Assembly (NCBI GenBank): GCA_965649765.1
Contig: OZ287752.1
Coordinates: 46,128,001 to 46,192,000, forward strand
Reading direction: 5' to 3'
Length of the DNA: 64,000 nucleotides
Origin: Bispira polyomma
Taxonomy: Eukaryota
Under the pieces are notes generated by a model. The model worked only from the letters and a program-made list of their open reading frames with translations. It had not been told where the DNA came from and made no database searches. Below, one piece after another: positions 49,101 to 62,550 of this stretch (its first letter is position 1; every line of letters begins with the position of its first letter). The position numbers and the translations under genes were made by a program.

Positions 49101-50639
49101 TGTCACCTACACACAGTTCAAATAAACTCTTATATTGATAAAATATCGTTCAAAATATCTTCACAAACCCCGTCTTTACTTTTCCCACTATTTCTGCTTT
49201 GGAGAATATATAGAATTTTTTAACAACAAAGGTGACAGGGAAGATTTTACATGGCTCCATTGAGGATAAATCTTAGAAGAAGTCACACTTTTGCTTCCAA
49301 GATGGTTCTGTGACGGATTTCTTGCAGAAATCCCAGTTATTGAAATCTCAGTGAATCCTTATGAATGGTGAATCCATGCAGTTATGTTTCAAAACAGTCA
49401 TTAGGACAGAATTCTTGCAGAAGTGCTTACCATACAGATAGAAGAGTTTTCCCTTAACGGGATCACCTTCTGTGTTTCATAGAAAGTCTATTTTTTCCCT
49501 ATTCCTGGGTTGAAGAATATATGAAATTTTTTAAAGCAAGGAAGTCTCCAGGGAAGGTTCCACATGACTACATTGAGGTTGAAACCTTGCAGTTTTGCTT
49601 TCATAACAGCCCTTATGGTAGAGTTCTTACAGAAATCTCAGTTCTTGGAATAGGAACAACCCCTGCTAACCCTGACCAATGGTTTGTACAGTTTCTTAAG
49701 TGTTCTTCAGTCTTTAAGGATCTGTCATGGTTAGAAACACAAAATTATGTTTCTCATTTACTGCATCCACTACAGTCTGTTACGTGATTTTGGGTGGTTA
49801 CAACGGTTTTTCCAGGGAGAAGGTATTAACAGGATTCCCTTGTTATGACCTTTTGAAGTCAATTTGATGATCTAAACCAACAACAGTCAGATCTGCAGAT
49901 GCTGGGCGAGTTAACTTTACTTCATGAGTATGTCTTCTAACTTGCTTTTGGGTAGCACAGACAATTTTTTTAAAGTTAGCTCAAACAGTTCTAATGGCCA
50001 TGGTATGTTACAGACTACAGGTGTCACTTTCCAAGGAAAGTCCGGAAGGATTCACTCCAGTCTTTAGAAAATTATGACAGAGAGATGGGGAGGAACAGCA
50101 TGATATTCAACGACTGCATGTTATCATCATAATGATGATCTGTGATACAAGTAAATCTGTCAAATCATCATTTGTAGGAGGAATGGGAAATTTCCATAGA
50201 CCTAATTAATACTTATTTTCACATTCCACGATTCTATTGCAGGGTCTTTCGTTCGGAATGGTGACAGTTTCATTAGAATTCACTCATGTTGTCAAAGAAG
50301 GGAAATTAATGGCACAGTCACAGGATCTAGCGGTTTATCAGTATGTGGGCAACGTCATACTTTTATCAAGTTCATGGTTGCCCACGTTTTAAAACAATAG
50401 TTGAGAGTTACAGTTAATACTGCTTTTAAAACAGTGTTTGTTTGTTTTTTATTGTACATTCTCCATTTTATATGTAGTACAAAATATGTAGTACAAAAAC
50501 ATGTAGTACAAGAAATTGACTCTTTAACATATTACAAGATTACTTTAACATTACACATTTATTAATAATTTCATTGAACATACAGTATGCAGTAAACTTT
50601 ATTTTTGTGCCCTTTTTCAATGTGTTCTTTAACACGTTA

Positions 50640-51250
50640 GATATCCTAAAATAAAGGCTTCCATGTCTCCCAGTATGTAACAAATATTTTTCCCTTCTGG
50701 ATCCTTTAATTTGAGTAGTGTCATTGGTTCATAATAAGTCGCTTTAAACTTCTTATGGAAAAAATAAATATTTATCTTTTTATAAGTCACTGCACATTGA
50801 AATATATATTTGTTAGATGCATAGCTAGTATATTAACTGGTTTTTAATTTTCATACATATTGAATAGCCAAAAATAACTTGTTCTATATTAAATAATACT
50901 GGTATACCTAGTTAATTCTAACTTAGAAATAAATTTCCAAAAATCTTTTGACTTCTCACAGTAGAAAAATAGATGTACAATGGTTTCTTTATCATTTGAA
51001 CATAATCTACAAATATCAGAATCATCTTTATGTATAGTAGTTAAATAATTCCTAACACATATTATTCTAAATAAAATTCTATATTGTTCTATATTGTAAG
51101 GTGAGGCATCACTAGTAAATCTAAAACATACTGTGAATAATTTTCTCCAAACTATATCATCTAATTGTTTGTTTAGTTCTTTACACCATTGTATCTTCAT
51201 TTTTGTCATGGTAATTAGTTCATAAGACTATAACTCATTCAGAAGTTTGA
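50640..51250 (-). pseudogene. L1/Tx1 LINE 3' fragment with C-terminal zinc finger
   Basis: QYRILFRI..CRLC...ETIVHLFFYC...FW. Confidence 0.8.
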
Positions 51251-51378
51251 TCTGATACATGCATTATTTAATTTAATGCATAATAGCGTATCTTTTGTAA
51301 TATTTAGAGTCTGTCATGATTTTTTATAATATTTATATACCCTTAGGCTTACAAAGATATAGACACCTACCTTATTAA

Positions 51379-52253
51379 GGCTTTAGTAACGTAAACACAC
51401 AAATACGTCGCCGATAAATTATACTACATTTGCGCAGGTTCATTTTCGCCTATATACACACTATGGCATCTTAAAAATAATTCCTTAGTAGTCTTTTTTA
51501 ACTATTTTCTTATGCCTACACAATTTAAAACTTAAGTAGTCTGTCACAAAGTGATTAAAAAGCCCTATAATGCTTCTTGTATTGTGACGTCACACAATTT
51601 GAAATCTGTGGTGGAACGTCATATTTGTAAACAAATCTCACAGAGAGCCCTTTCTGTTGTGACACAATACGAGTATTGATCCAGCATATATGAACACAAT
51701 ATATCTGCTACACAACTTAAAAAAACGTGTATATTATTTCCAATGATTTACATTTTTCAATATGTTTCCTTATTTTGTAAAAAAAAGAATACAAAAACAT
51801 CTTTCTGTTTAGAAGAGTGTAACTTTTATGTTTTTCAAAAATTATCCCTGTTTTTTGCTTTTGAAAAACGAATTCACTCAAAATAATGCTGATGTTTTCT
51901 TTTTTCTAGTCATGTACAATACTTCAGTATTCATTCCTTTTTGGTGTATGAATTGTGTCACGTTTGTGGAGCATGTACTTTAAAAATATTACACATTTTA
52001 GTTACAATTTTACAGACTGCTATATGTATTGTATGCCTCAAGATACCTAATAAAATGATGCATAAAATATATAAATTACTAAATAATTAAAATATATGTC
52101 ATTCTTTATTATTTCTACTCATGAAAATGTAAATATGTTATCCATAAATCGAGTTTAAGGCCACAAAGAAAAAGTTGTGCAGTTTCTGAGAAGCTCCAGC
52201 ACACATAACGTGGCTAACGGCGATCATTTTTTTGTGTTTGCGTTACTAAAGCC
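51379..52253 (-). mobile_element. Non-autonomous TTAA-specific DNA transposon (Kolobok-like), copy 2
   Basis: TTAA at 51375-51378 and 52254-52257; TIR GGCTTTAGTAACGYAAACACA; interior is the reverse-complement homologue of 4077-4952. Confidence 0.85.
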
Positions 52254-53374
52254 TTAAAAACTGTGTAATAGGTGTACAGAGAAGTCCCCATCAGTAAGTT
52301 CCCCACCAGGAAAAGTCCCTATCAATTTAAGTGAGGGGGAGGAAAAGTCCCCATCAATTTTTTTTTTATAGAGCACAATTATTAGCAAATTTATTTATAA
52401 CATGATAATGTAGAAGATGCATATTAGTCAGACTATTCCAAATATTTGTAAGTTAATCTTGTTCTCCAGAATGACTAAAGGATCAGTCTGAAATTTTGCC
52501 AACGTATACCTTACCACACAGATATTAAAAGCGGTTTATGGCATTTTTCTTAGATTTTCAGTTTTGGAGTTGTGAATTTAAAATTTTTCCAAATTTATAA
52601 AGCGTCAATACCTCATTAATTATTGCATTTAGACACTTTGTATGTGTTATGAGCATATGGAAAACCAGGGTCAGATAAGCTAATGCACTGGTCAGATTTG
52701 ACCTTGGATTTAAGTATTTTGTGCCCTACTCAAAAATGATTAGTTACAATGCCACCAAACTTTCTAGTATATTTTTTGAGTGCTCAGCAACATTACTGAT
52801 AAGGGTTTTAACCATACAGATCCATCAAGGTTACTTTTCAGGCCCAAAAAGGGTTAATTTTTATGTTTTTGCTTTATATCTTATTAACCAGAGTTTTGAG
52901 ACTTGGAATGTAATCAGTGTATTGTGAGCCTATATAAAACCAGATATTTGACCTATGTCCTTGCGATCAATGTCAAACTGGTATGAAGGTCATCGATCAG
53001 AAGGAAACTGACGATATGCCTGTTGGGACATTCACATCTCGAAAACGGTGCGAGAAAGAGGAATTTCGAGATCTTTTCAACCCACAAGGCTGATTTTAGA
53101 AAGCTCATATCAACTTTTTTTTTCAGAATCCAATTTTGGCGGCAATCTTGAATTTCTGGCGGCTCAGCGATTACTGTCATGACTTTAACTTTAATTCAAC
53201 CTTGTACACTAGAACAACTTTATTATTGCTTCAAGGGACGCTTCTTTTTTGTTTTCAAAAACCGTTTTCTAGTTTGTAACTGTTTTTGTCAAATATGTTG
53301 TACAGCTCTCTTTGTAAAACTAGTAAAAAAATAATGTAAATCAATAAATATTAAGTAGCAAATCAAGTGACATT

Positions 53375-53975
53375 TGACCTTTGATGCCTTCTTTAAGGTC
53401 AAATGTGTGTCGATACGTTAGACCCTTATCTTTTGCTTATTATGAGTCCTACAGGTTTGGTACATGCAACCAACTTCTGGGAAATTATGAGGAAAATCAG
53501 TTGACTCCTCCTTCAGGTTCAAAGTAGTATAAATGTCTTCCATCCATTGTTGGCTCTTCTATTTCGGGAACAAATATGCTTCAGTTATTAATTGTCTTGA
53601 CAATATCATCTCAAGATATATGGTTTTCAAATCTTACTGTTACTGGATTAAAGATCTTGTATTTTCTATATGAAAATGTTTCTTATTTCTATAAAAGTAC
53701 CACCACATCTATCTAGTATCCCCTAATTTTTTTAAAGAATGTACTCGCAGAAGAACTAATTCCACCTGCTAAATGAGAACATTGTTGTTTTACAAGGGTA
53801 TTTTAGGGAGGGTGACAGACATAAACAACTGATCAATATCAGTAACACCAATCTATGAAAATAGGACACCCACAAAAATGGAGCCCGTACAAAAATAGGG
53901 CCCCTACCGAGATATGACACCTTGTAAAACTCTGACCTAAATTGGGGAGCATGTGAGGTAAAATCGCTAAAATTT
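53375..53975 (+). repeat. Interspersed repeat, copy 2 of 316-912
   Basis: Collinear similarity; ends about 12 nt upstream of the exon C acceptor. Confidence 0.85.
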
Positions 53976-53989
53976 TATACTTTCTGTAG

Positions 53990-54133
53990 CTCCTGCAAGA
54001 AGAGTTGCCAAGAAAACCAGAGCAGTGGTATCCTCTTAACACAAAAGGAGTTGACAAAATATCCAATTCTTCAAGTATCAAACAGATAGAGAAAGGTCTG
54101 CACAGATGGAATGCGCTTCCAGTTCCTGTTGAT
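53990..54133 (+). CDS. HEATR4: Host gene internal exon C (144 nt, phase 0-0), HEATR4-like
   Basis: TTTCTGTAG acceptor and GAT|GTAAGT donor; LLQEELPRKPEQWYPLNTKGVDKISNSSSIKQIEKGLHRWNALPVPVD; P-x2-PE-x-W and G-x2-RW-x-ALP-x-P match HEATR4 as recalled. Confidence 0.75.
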
Positions 54134-56264
54134 GTAAGTTATTACTGTTATTATGAGCAGAAGATTTCTGGGTTTGTATGTACATGTATAACCTGTCAAC
54201 TCAAAGTACGTTGACATGAACAATTTGGCGACATAATATCCCATAATGTCTTCATATAGAACATCTAGAGTTATTTAACTACACAATGTTTTTGCATGAT
54301 TATGCCAATGCTTATTGGCTTAATCATACTTTCTTGGAGATAGGGGGGAGGGGTTATTGTGAAAGAACCATGGTAACCAGGGTTACATCCTGTTGACAGG
54401 GTAACCTCTGAAGCTGGAGGAGTTGTGCTCTTATATTTGGTATATATGCATTCTCTGGTCTCTAGTTGGTCCAAAATTAATTTGGTTTGATTATATGGGG
54501 TATGGTAGAAGTTATTCAAGTTTTATATATTGAAATCGTCAGATTTGATTGAAAGGTCCATTACCGCCCATTTCCAGTTTTTCAGTTTCTAGAAAAATTT
54601 TCGTTTTCATAGAATTAATTAAGTGATCTCATCAGCTGGTTCATTGATGGATAGTTTTTGTTGTTTTTGTGAATGAAAGTAGAGTACGGAGTAAACACGT
54701 GTGATCTTTTGAGCATGCGCAGTGACACAATCAATACCCTCTTGCTAATTTATTTTCACGAAGACCCAAAATTGACCCAAAATTAACCTAAAAAGTTGAG
54801 ACAGCAATTTTATAGCAAAGACAGATCTCTCACGTTTCTGTTTCGAAAAATTAACAAAGTTACCAGTAAAGATCAAAACTAAACAATAAGAATTTGTATA
54901 ATATATTACCTTAATAGTCACAAATGGTTAAGTTCATTTTATTTTCTTCCTCACAGATTTCGAAGTATATATATTGTGTATTTCGTTGCAACTTGCCAGA
55001 CCTAATTTTATCTCAGGCGAGAAGGGATTGGCTGAAAATCTGGGGTGTTTTCAATGCGCATGCATAGTTGTGCAAGTGTGTGCACAGTAGGTCCGGGGAT
55101 TTTCCAGCAATATATAGAACTTTATGGCGGCAAAAACAATATAAAAATTAATAAAAATTAGAAATAAAATATGTATTCAAGGAAATCACAATTGTTAAGC
55201 CACAATCTTCATTGCGGTTAGGGTAAAATAAAAAGGTTATAGTTTCTACACTGCTACCGCAGCTTTGAGAAATTTGTATTTATATCCTGGCTGTCCCATA
55301 AGGCATTATTATTGTTAATTTTTAAATCCCCTACCTAATATGATATAATGGCTTCTCTTAGCAAACGCCTAGCAACAATATTGAGACAACATAATCTCAG
55401 AACTTACAAGGACCTCAGCTTTCATATTTGGTATACATGTTATGTTGGTTTCAAAGACACACTGTAAATTTGTGTCAATTCAACCAGAATTGAGGGAGAT
55501 ACAGCTATTTTTCAGGTAATTAACACACAAAGAGACAGGTTTGTAAACCAATTTCAGACTGTGACATCATTCACTTGACTTGTAGTGCTACTTTACACGC
55601 TAGTTAAGGGGCCTAGCATGATGTAAGATTTGGCCAATGTAAACCTTGTCTGGGCGTGGCTTAATATAATTTGGGAGTACCAGTCACTAATGATTTTCTG
55701 TAACTGGTGTTTTGCCTTTACAACCCTGGGCCAGACCTTGTTCACATGAACAGTACAGTACCTAAGTCTACAATGGTTTTTAGGAAAACATGTGCTGTAA
55801 CTTATAGAAGTTTTTTACTAGAACGTAACGTGGTATTCTATACAGGATACTTTGTATATATCATATGTTACATAGCTTAGTATAAAGTATTTTAAAGCTC
55901 TTAAGTTACAATTTTGTAAGCTTTGAGTTAAATATCAGCTTTTAATATTTTCGATATTAGCCAAGTGAAGGGTGAGTCAGCTGACAGGTACAGTAAAGTG
56001 CAGAACTTGCATCTTATTGAGGAAAAGTTTTGAGAGTTTTCAAATATTTTTCACTGAATACTGAACTTTAAATGCTTAAACCTTATTACATATTTGAAAG
56101 GTTTAACTTCCTCTTAGTGATGCTGTTTGTGTACTTTCACTAGAAGGTATTTAATAATACTGAAATAGTAGAGTGCATACAACCTCTGTTATCCAAACAT
56201 GTTGAAAAAGTTACATTTTGCAAATATACTACATGACAATTTGTTTGTTCTGTTCTGTATGCTC

Positions 56265-56870
56265 ACTTTAAGGTTACAGCATGTTTTAGTCATTCCGGAC
56301 TCTAATTCCAAAACTGCTTGATGGATTTTATTCATATTTGGTACACAGATGTATATGGATCTGAGTAGGAACCCTATGGTATGGTGACCTTAAACTCCTA
56401 AGAGTTAAAACTTTATGACGACTTTAAGGTTAAGTCATATTTTAGCCTTTTTTGGTACACAGATGTATATGGACCTGAGGAGGAACCTTATTGTATGGTG
56501 ACCTAAAACTCCTAACAGTTAAAATTTTATGACGACTTTAAGGTTACAGCATGTTTCAGTCATTCTGGACTCTAACTTCAAAACCACTTGATGGATTTTA
56601 TTCATATTTGGTACACAGATGTATATGGACCTAAGGAGAAACCCTATTTTATGGTGACCTTAAACTCTTAAAAGTTAAAATTTCACGATGACTTTAAGGT
56701 TACAGCATATTTCAGTCATTCCAGACTCTAAAGCTAAAAGTGCTTGATGGATTTCATTCATATTTGGCACACAGATGTATTGGGCCCTGAGGAGGAACCC
56801 TGTTGTATGGTGGCTTTAAACTCATAACAGTAAAAGTATTATAATGAGTTTAAAATTATGACATGTTTGA
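56265..56870 (+). repeat. Tandem repeat, about 156-bp unit, 4 copies (second internally deleted)
   Basis: ACTTTAAGGTTA and TGGTACACAGATGTATATGGA recur in each unit. Confidence 0.9.
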
Positions 56871-57839
56871 TTACTTTCACACTGTAACACAAAACCTTTC
56901 TACACACTTTTAAGTTAATATTTGAGTTTAAAAGCAATTTTTGTCAATTTTGGCCACTTTACTAGTACGGTAGACTAACCCAACCTCACGAAAACGGATT
57001 ATTATTTTGTGAAGAATGTTATTCGGGTCTCATAAATTTTAATATGCTTTGAAATAAAATATTTAGGGTATACTAGCTCCACCTGGCGAAAATCTGTTCC
57101 ATTTCCTTAAAATAAAGGTGATGTTACCACCGCATGCTTGTTTTATACTTGTTTTCGTTCATGCAATTTTTTCTCTCCCCAACTTACCTTAGAGCAGGGG
57201 ACACAGTAACATTCATCTGATTTCTTATTTTATTTCATTTCTTATTTTTATTAGACGTTTTGCCCATGTCTTGTACACACATTCAAATAGCAAACTGGTA
57301 CTTTTTATTGCATTTTTCGCCCACTGAGGATGAATATATACTGATAGGTAGCTGTACAAAAAATCCATCTTCGTCTGTCCTAAGTCAGAGCCCAACCTAA
57401 TTGTACGACCAATTATTGGTCACAATTGACATCTTGTTAAAATTTCTTTTAATAGTGACTGAGATAAGGGTCTTTAAATTATACACACATATTTTAATGT
57501 GAATTCTTTTTGGCAGTTATTTTTTCTTTATTGTCGGGAGAAATCTGCGTATACCGAACGATCCTTCACCCAGCCATTATATATATGAAGTTGAATACTA
57601 TGCAATTAAATATGTGACAACACTTCACAACTCTCTTATAAAAAATGATAAAAGGCAAAAACCCCATATATAGAAGCAAGTACCTTTTATTTGTGTAATA
57701 TTTAATAGTAAAACAAGATCCGTGAGCGATAATAAAAGTTATTGTAGACCCATATTTCTGCTCGACAATGCTTTGATTTTTATCAAGATGGATTTTATCT
57801 TGATTACGCTACAGGAAAAAAATCCAAACGTGTAGACCG

Positions 57840-58600
57840 CACTTTTTACTATCTCCTTATATCATTTTTACTTCATTTCTCGTACTTAAGATTGTTTAGT
57901 AATAAGGACGACGACCATGTTATAATATATCTATTTGGTATTTTATTTGTTTGTTAAATACGTTTAGTACTTTTGTCTACTAATTACTGCATTTTCCTTG
58001 TATCTTTCCTTGCTTCAACGGACATGTCTCCACAGATAGATATACAAGGAAAAGCATGGGTTTGATAATATAGATAAGATATATACGTATACGTTTGGTT
58101 ATTTTGTAGTCGCCAAAACTCACCTCTTCCTACCTTTAGTTTTGACTGCTAGAGGTCGGCACACTAAAGTCTTTTTCTTTGTAAACAAGGAAGACCTTAA
58201 ACAGAAGATAAATACCATTTTTCAAAACGATGGGTGAGAAGTGGCGAATAGAAAACAAATTGCTTTGATTCAATAAAAATATTATTATTACATTAAAGTT
58301 TGACAAAATATTACCTTATATGCACATATAGTTGCTTCAATCCATTAAGATTTCTTTAGTTAAATATATGGCGACCGACCTCATTTTATCATGTGAGACG
58401 GTAATTAGCTAAAAATCTGAGCCGTTTCCAATGCGCGTGCGCAGTAAGGTCAGAGGTGAGACCTCTTAGACGAGAATATTTGATTTTTAATCCGCCAATC
58501 AGGGAACTCGTCATCTGTGTACTGCCTGCGAGTATATATAAATGGACACAGATATACGGTAATATATGTTGGAAGGAAGCAATTAACAAAACTTTCCGAA
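57840..58600 (+). repeat. Copy of the 18830-20800 repeat family
   Basis: Shared blocks, e.g. ACAAGGAAAAGCATGGGTTTG and ACAAGGAAGACCTTAAACAGAAGAT. Confidence 0.8.
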
Positions 58601-58827
58601 AATGGCTTTGATCTTTGACGCAGCAATATATATTAGTGGGTGAATGTTTATTTTTTTGTTTGTATTCAGTGTGTTTGTTTTATGTTTACTTTGTAGTTAA
58701 AAAGATAGAGCCTATTACAAATACAACTCCATTATATGATGTTTCAGTTCTGAAATTTAAATCTGTACTTTACCAAATAAAATGTGCAAGCCTTTGTTTA
58801 AGTGAATCTGTTAGATAAAATATCGAT

Positions 58828-60036
58828 CAGCTCTTTTAACTGCAGGGGATTAAGAGAAACAAAGAAAAGACTGTTTTTAATTGGTTAAAATCTAGAAATA
58901 GTAAGATGACAATGCTGCAAGAAACACATTCAATTTCCTCAGATGAATTTAAATGGGTCACTGAGTGGGAAGGAGATATATACTTCTCACATGGTACAAG
59001 TCAGAGCAGGGGTGTAGCTATTTTAATACCAAAATTGATTAATGAAAAAATAACTGTTGCTAGGGTGGTGGCAGATGAAGAAGGAAGAATTGTTATTCTT
59101 GAGTGTAAAGTTGATGAAAATCCCTTGCTATTAGTAGACATTTATGCGCCCACAAAAGACCACACTGATTTACAACTGCAGTTTCTTAATGACTTAAAAG
59201 GCCATCTACAAGAATTTAGTGATAAAAATATTATAATTGGGGGAGACTTTAATACCTACTTAAATATCAAATTTAATAAAAAGGGAGGCCGGACTGAGGG
59301 ACATACAAAGTACAGAGGAGCCCTGATAAGTCTCATGGAAGAACTTAATCTCAAGGACATATGGAGATTAAGGAATCCAACAGAATTAAAATTTACTAAA
59401 AAAAGAAAATACAAAATCAGGGTTGGTGCAATTAAGGTAAGATTATCTGTTAATCTCAGGTCACTTAGAATATCAAGTTATGGATACCATAATTAAACCT
59501 GGTTTTAAATCAGATCATAGTATCATTAGACTAACTTTTCACCTTCTCAATACACAGCACAGAGGATGGGGATATTGGAAATTTAACAAACTATTAACAG
59601 ATGACATATATGTAACATTGATAAAACAGGAGATAAAAAATATCAAATTAAATAGTTTAGAAAACAAAAGTGTTGGGATTTTACAAAGTGTCAGCTAAGG
59701 ACAGTCACGATGTCTTTTACAATATCTCAAGCCAAAAAGAATAAAGAAAGGGAAAAATTTTTGTTAACACAATTAGAAAACCTTGAGAAAGAAATATTAC
59801 ATAACTGCAAAAAAATAAATGAATATAATATAATAAAACGGGATTGGGAATATTTAAAAAACTTAAAGACAGAAGGGATAATACTTAGATCAAAAGCACA
59901 ATGGGTTGAAAGTGGCAAAAAAGATACACAATATTTTTTAAACTTAGAAAAACGAAATTATAATCAAAAATACATTAAGAAATTGATATTAAGTGATTCA
60001 ACAGAAACAACAAAACCAGAGGAAATGTGTATTTGA
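58828..60036 (+). pseudogene. L1/Tx1-clade LINE ORF2 5' fragment (AP endonuclease plus linker)
   Basis: SFNCRGL, LQETHS, SRGVAILI, IYAPT, IIGGDFN, DIWR, SDHS, GYWKFN, RSKAQWVE..YFLNLEK; frameshifted. Confidence 0.92.
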
Positions 60037-60569
60037 AAAGATAAAAAAGAGGTGTTAACCTTATCCAGGGAGATGTTAAAAAAATGGTGTATTTGGAGGT
60101 GGGCAGGCGCTCCACTCATGAATTCTGACACCGGCCAGAACCATGCAAGGAAGGAGTGTGAAACAAAACTTCTACATCTCAGAAATCAGGGAACACTAAC
60201 AAAAGTAAGGAAATAAGTAACAAATTACAGCCAGACAGTCGCAGAATGCAAGATGTATAATATTGTATGTGTAAAACAGTTATAGAACTATAAATATTCA
60301 AGAAAAAGCCACATAGCGGAAAGGGAGATGCAAAATTCGCAGAAAAAAATGCGCAAAATGGGGTATGTGGGCGATAATAATATGTAATCTATTACTGCCG
60401 AGTCAAAGGTCAGAAATAGTTAAATATCCTTATATAGAAGTTGGTGCTTTGGGGGAGCTCCTAACGATGATAGATTGCCTAATTTGCATCAAATTCTTCC
60501 ATTATCGCTCATATACACGTGCTTCACATCCCCGACAAATAATAAATTCATCGTCGGGTTTTAATTTTA

Positions 60570-61310
60570 TTAAATTAGGTAGTGAAATCCCCTACCTAAT
60601 ATGATATCATGGGAACTCAAATGGTTGCCGTGGCAACAATTTGGGGACAACATAATCTCGGAACTTACAAGGACCTCGGCTTTCATTGTTGGCATACATG
60701 TTGGGTCGGTTTCAAGGAGGCACCATTTGTAAATTTTTGGTAATTCAACCAGAATTGAGGGAGAAACAGCAATTTTAAAGCCATTTGACACAGAAAGAGA
60801 CAGGTCTGTAAGCCAATCTCAGACTGTGACATCATTCACTTGTTCAAGGCTTCCAGTCAATGAATCAAAAGTGAACCTAGTCTGTTGCGTTTTCGAGAGA
60901 ATAAATTAAGTGATCTAATCAGCTGTTTCATTGATGGATATTTTTGTGAATGATTAAGGTCACGAGCATGCACAGTGACACGATTAATACCCTCTTGCTA
61001 ATTTATTCTCACAAAGACGTATACTGGAGATAGAGGTACTGATTAAAACAGAAACCAGGAATGGCTGTATGTAATTTTAAAATGCCAGTAGTTTCAAATA
61101 AGTAAACTGATAACATCCATTTGCTTCAGAATATATGCTTTCATATTTGACCTATTGTAAGTAGTTAACATATTAAATGCAAAATATTAAATAATTAAGG
61201 GGTATTTATAGTTTTAGGGTTAAAAAAGAGCTTAATTTTGTAATTCCGAAATTGCACACAAACGTGCAATGTGCAGTAACGTCATTCCATTGTCTGCCTT
61301 TGAAGGCATA
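60570..61310 (+). repeat. Copy of the 23745-24545 HINE-like repeat
   Basis: Starts with hairpin ATTAGGTAG-N9-CTACCTAAT; collinear with 23745-24545. Confidence 0.8.
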
Positions 61311-61320
61311 ATCTTTTCTT

Positions 61321-61560
61321 TATTATCTCGGAGGACGGAAGTCCTCAGAGATCATGTAATAGGAAAATGTTTTTGGTCTGTAGACAGCACTATCTACCAG
61401 TTCCGTTAATTATTTTAAGTTAATTTTCGGCAGTTACATGTGGTTGGTACTAAGGACGAGTCAAAAGCATTCATATATCTATTTATTTTTTTATTTTGTT
61501 TATAAATAAGATTTAACCTTTGACCTCGCAATTACCGCATATTTTGTTATTTCCATTTTT
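61321..61560 (+). mobile_element. HINE 5' end
   Basis: Hairpin ATCTC-G-GAGGAC-GGAA-GTCCTC-A-GAGAT (61325-61352); downstream matches 18880 and 57890. Confidence 0.55.
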
Positions 61561-62329
61561 CGTGCAGCCAATGCTGGTCGTAGCATTCAAAAGGCATTTA
61601 TATATTGTCGTAACCTGAACTGGGGGGTAGCATAGAGCATGTCTAAAATAAAGTGTTAAAATTGTATTTCGTATTATAAATAGTGCAAGCAAAAATCGTT
61701 TAGTATTGATTAATTTTAGTTTATTCAGTGTAAACAGAACAATTAAGAGTACTAATTATTTTTTAATAATTTAATATAGATCCAGTTAATGATCTACCAT
61801 CGAGCCACAGGCAAACAAACTTTTTCTGTTAAATTACTTCAATAGTCAGTAGTGCAGTTAAGAACCACTTAACAGCAGGAATATGTGTAACAAAACTCTT
61901 TTCTTAATATTATGTTAGTTCTAGCTTGTGTTCAATGTATAAAATGTTTTATGTTGTATTAAAATGGGAATGTTAGATGTAAGCACACGTAAATCCTTTT
62001 CATTTACTACATGTTTTTCTCCTTTATACTAAGGGTACTGTAAAGTCAGCCAATTTTTTTCCTTTTAAATGTAAGAATATCAATTCCTTAAAAGTGTTGC
62101 TACTTATTGTACATGTAAATTCCAATATTTCAATATTTTCAATATGACTAACAGAGTTAAATCTACAGTGCATAGATAAAACACAGTGTAACTTTCGAAA
62201 ATGGACTTCATTGACAGTTTGCTTTTTATACGGCTTGAATATTATTAAATATCAGTCCTGGGTAAATTCAAAATTAAACTCTGCTGTTTATATAGAGATG
62301 GTATCTCCATATATGTGATCTCTTAAGCA

Positions 62330-62550
62330 GGTTTACCTGTATACAATACTTATATGTGTGAGAAGTTCAGACAATCAATTGAATTTTCAAGTATATTACC
62401 AATTATATGTAACTTTTGAAATGGTTAACTGTATACAATACATACATGTGCAATAAGTTCAGACAATTAATTGAATTTTCAAGAATGCTACAACAAAGTG
62501 TATGTGACTATTGAAAGGGTTCACTGTATACAATACATGCATGGGTACTA
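62330..62550 (+). repeat. Short tandem repeat, about 93-bp unit x2.4
   Basis: CTGTATACAATAC three times; AAGTTCAGACAATYAATTGAATTTTCAAG twice. Confidence 0.75.

Noticed and set aside
316-54133. Exons A and C as a segmental duplication (both 144 nt, both downstream of the same repeat)
   Set aside because: The peptides and phases are unrelated, and similarity stops at the repeat end.
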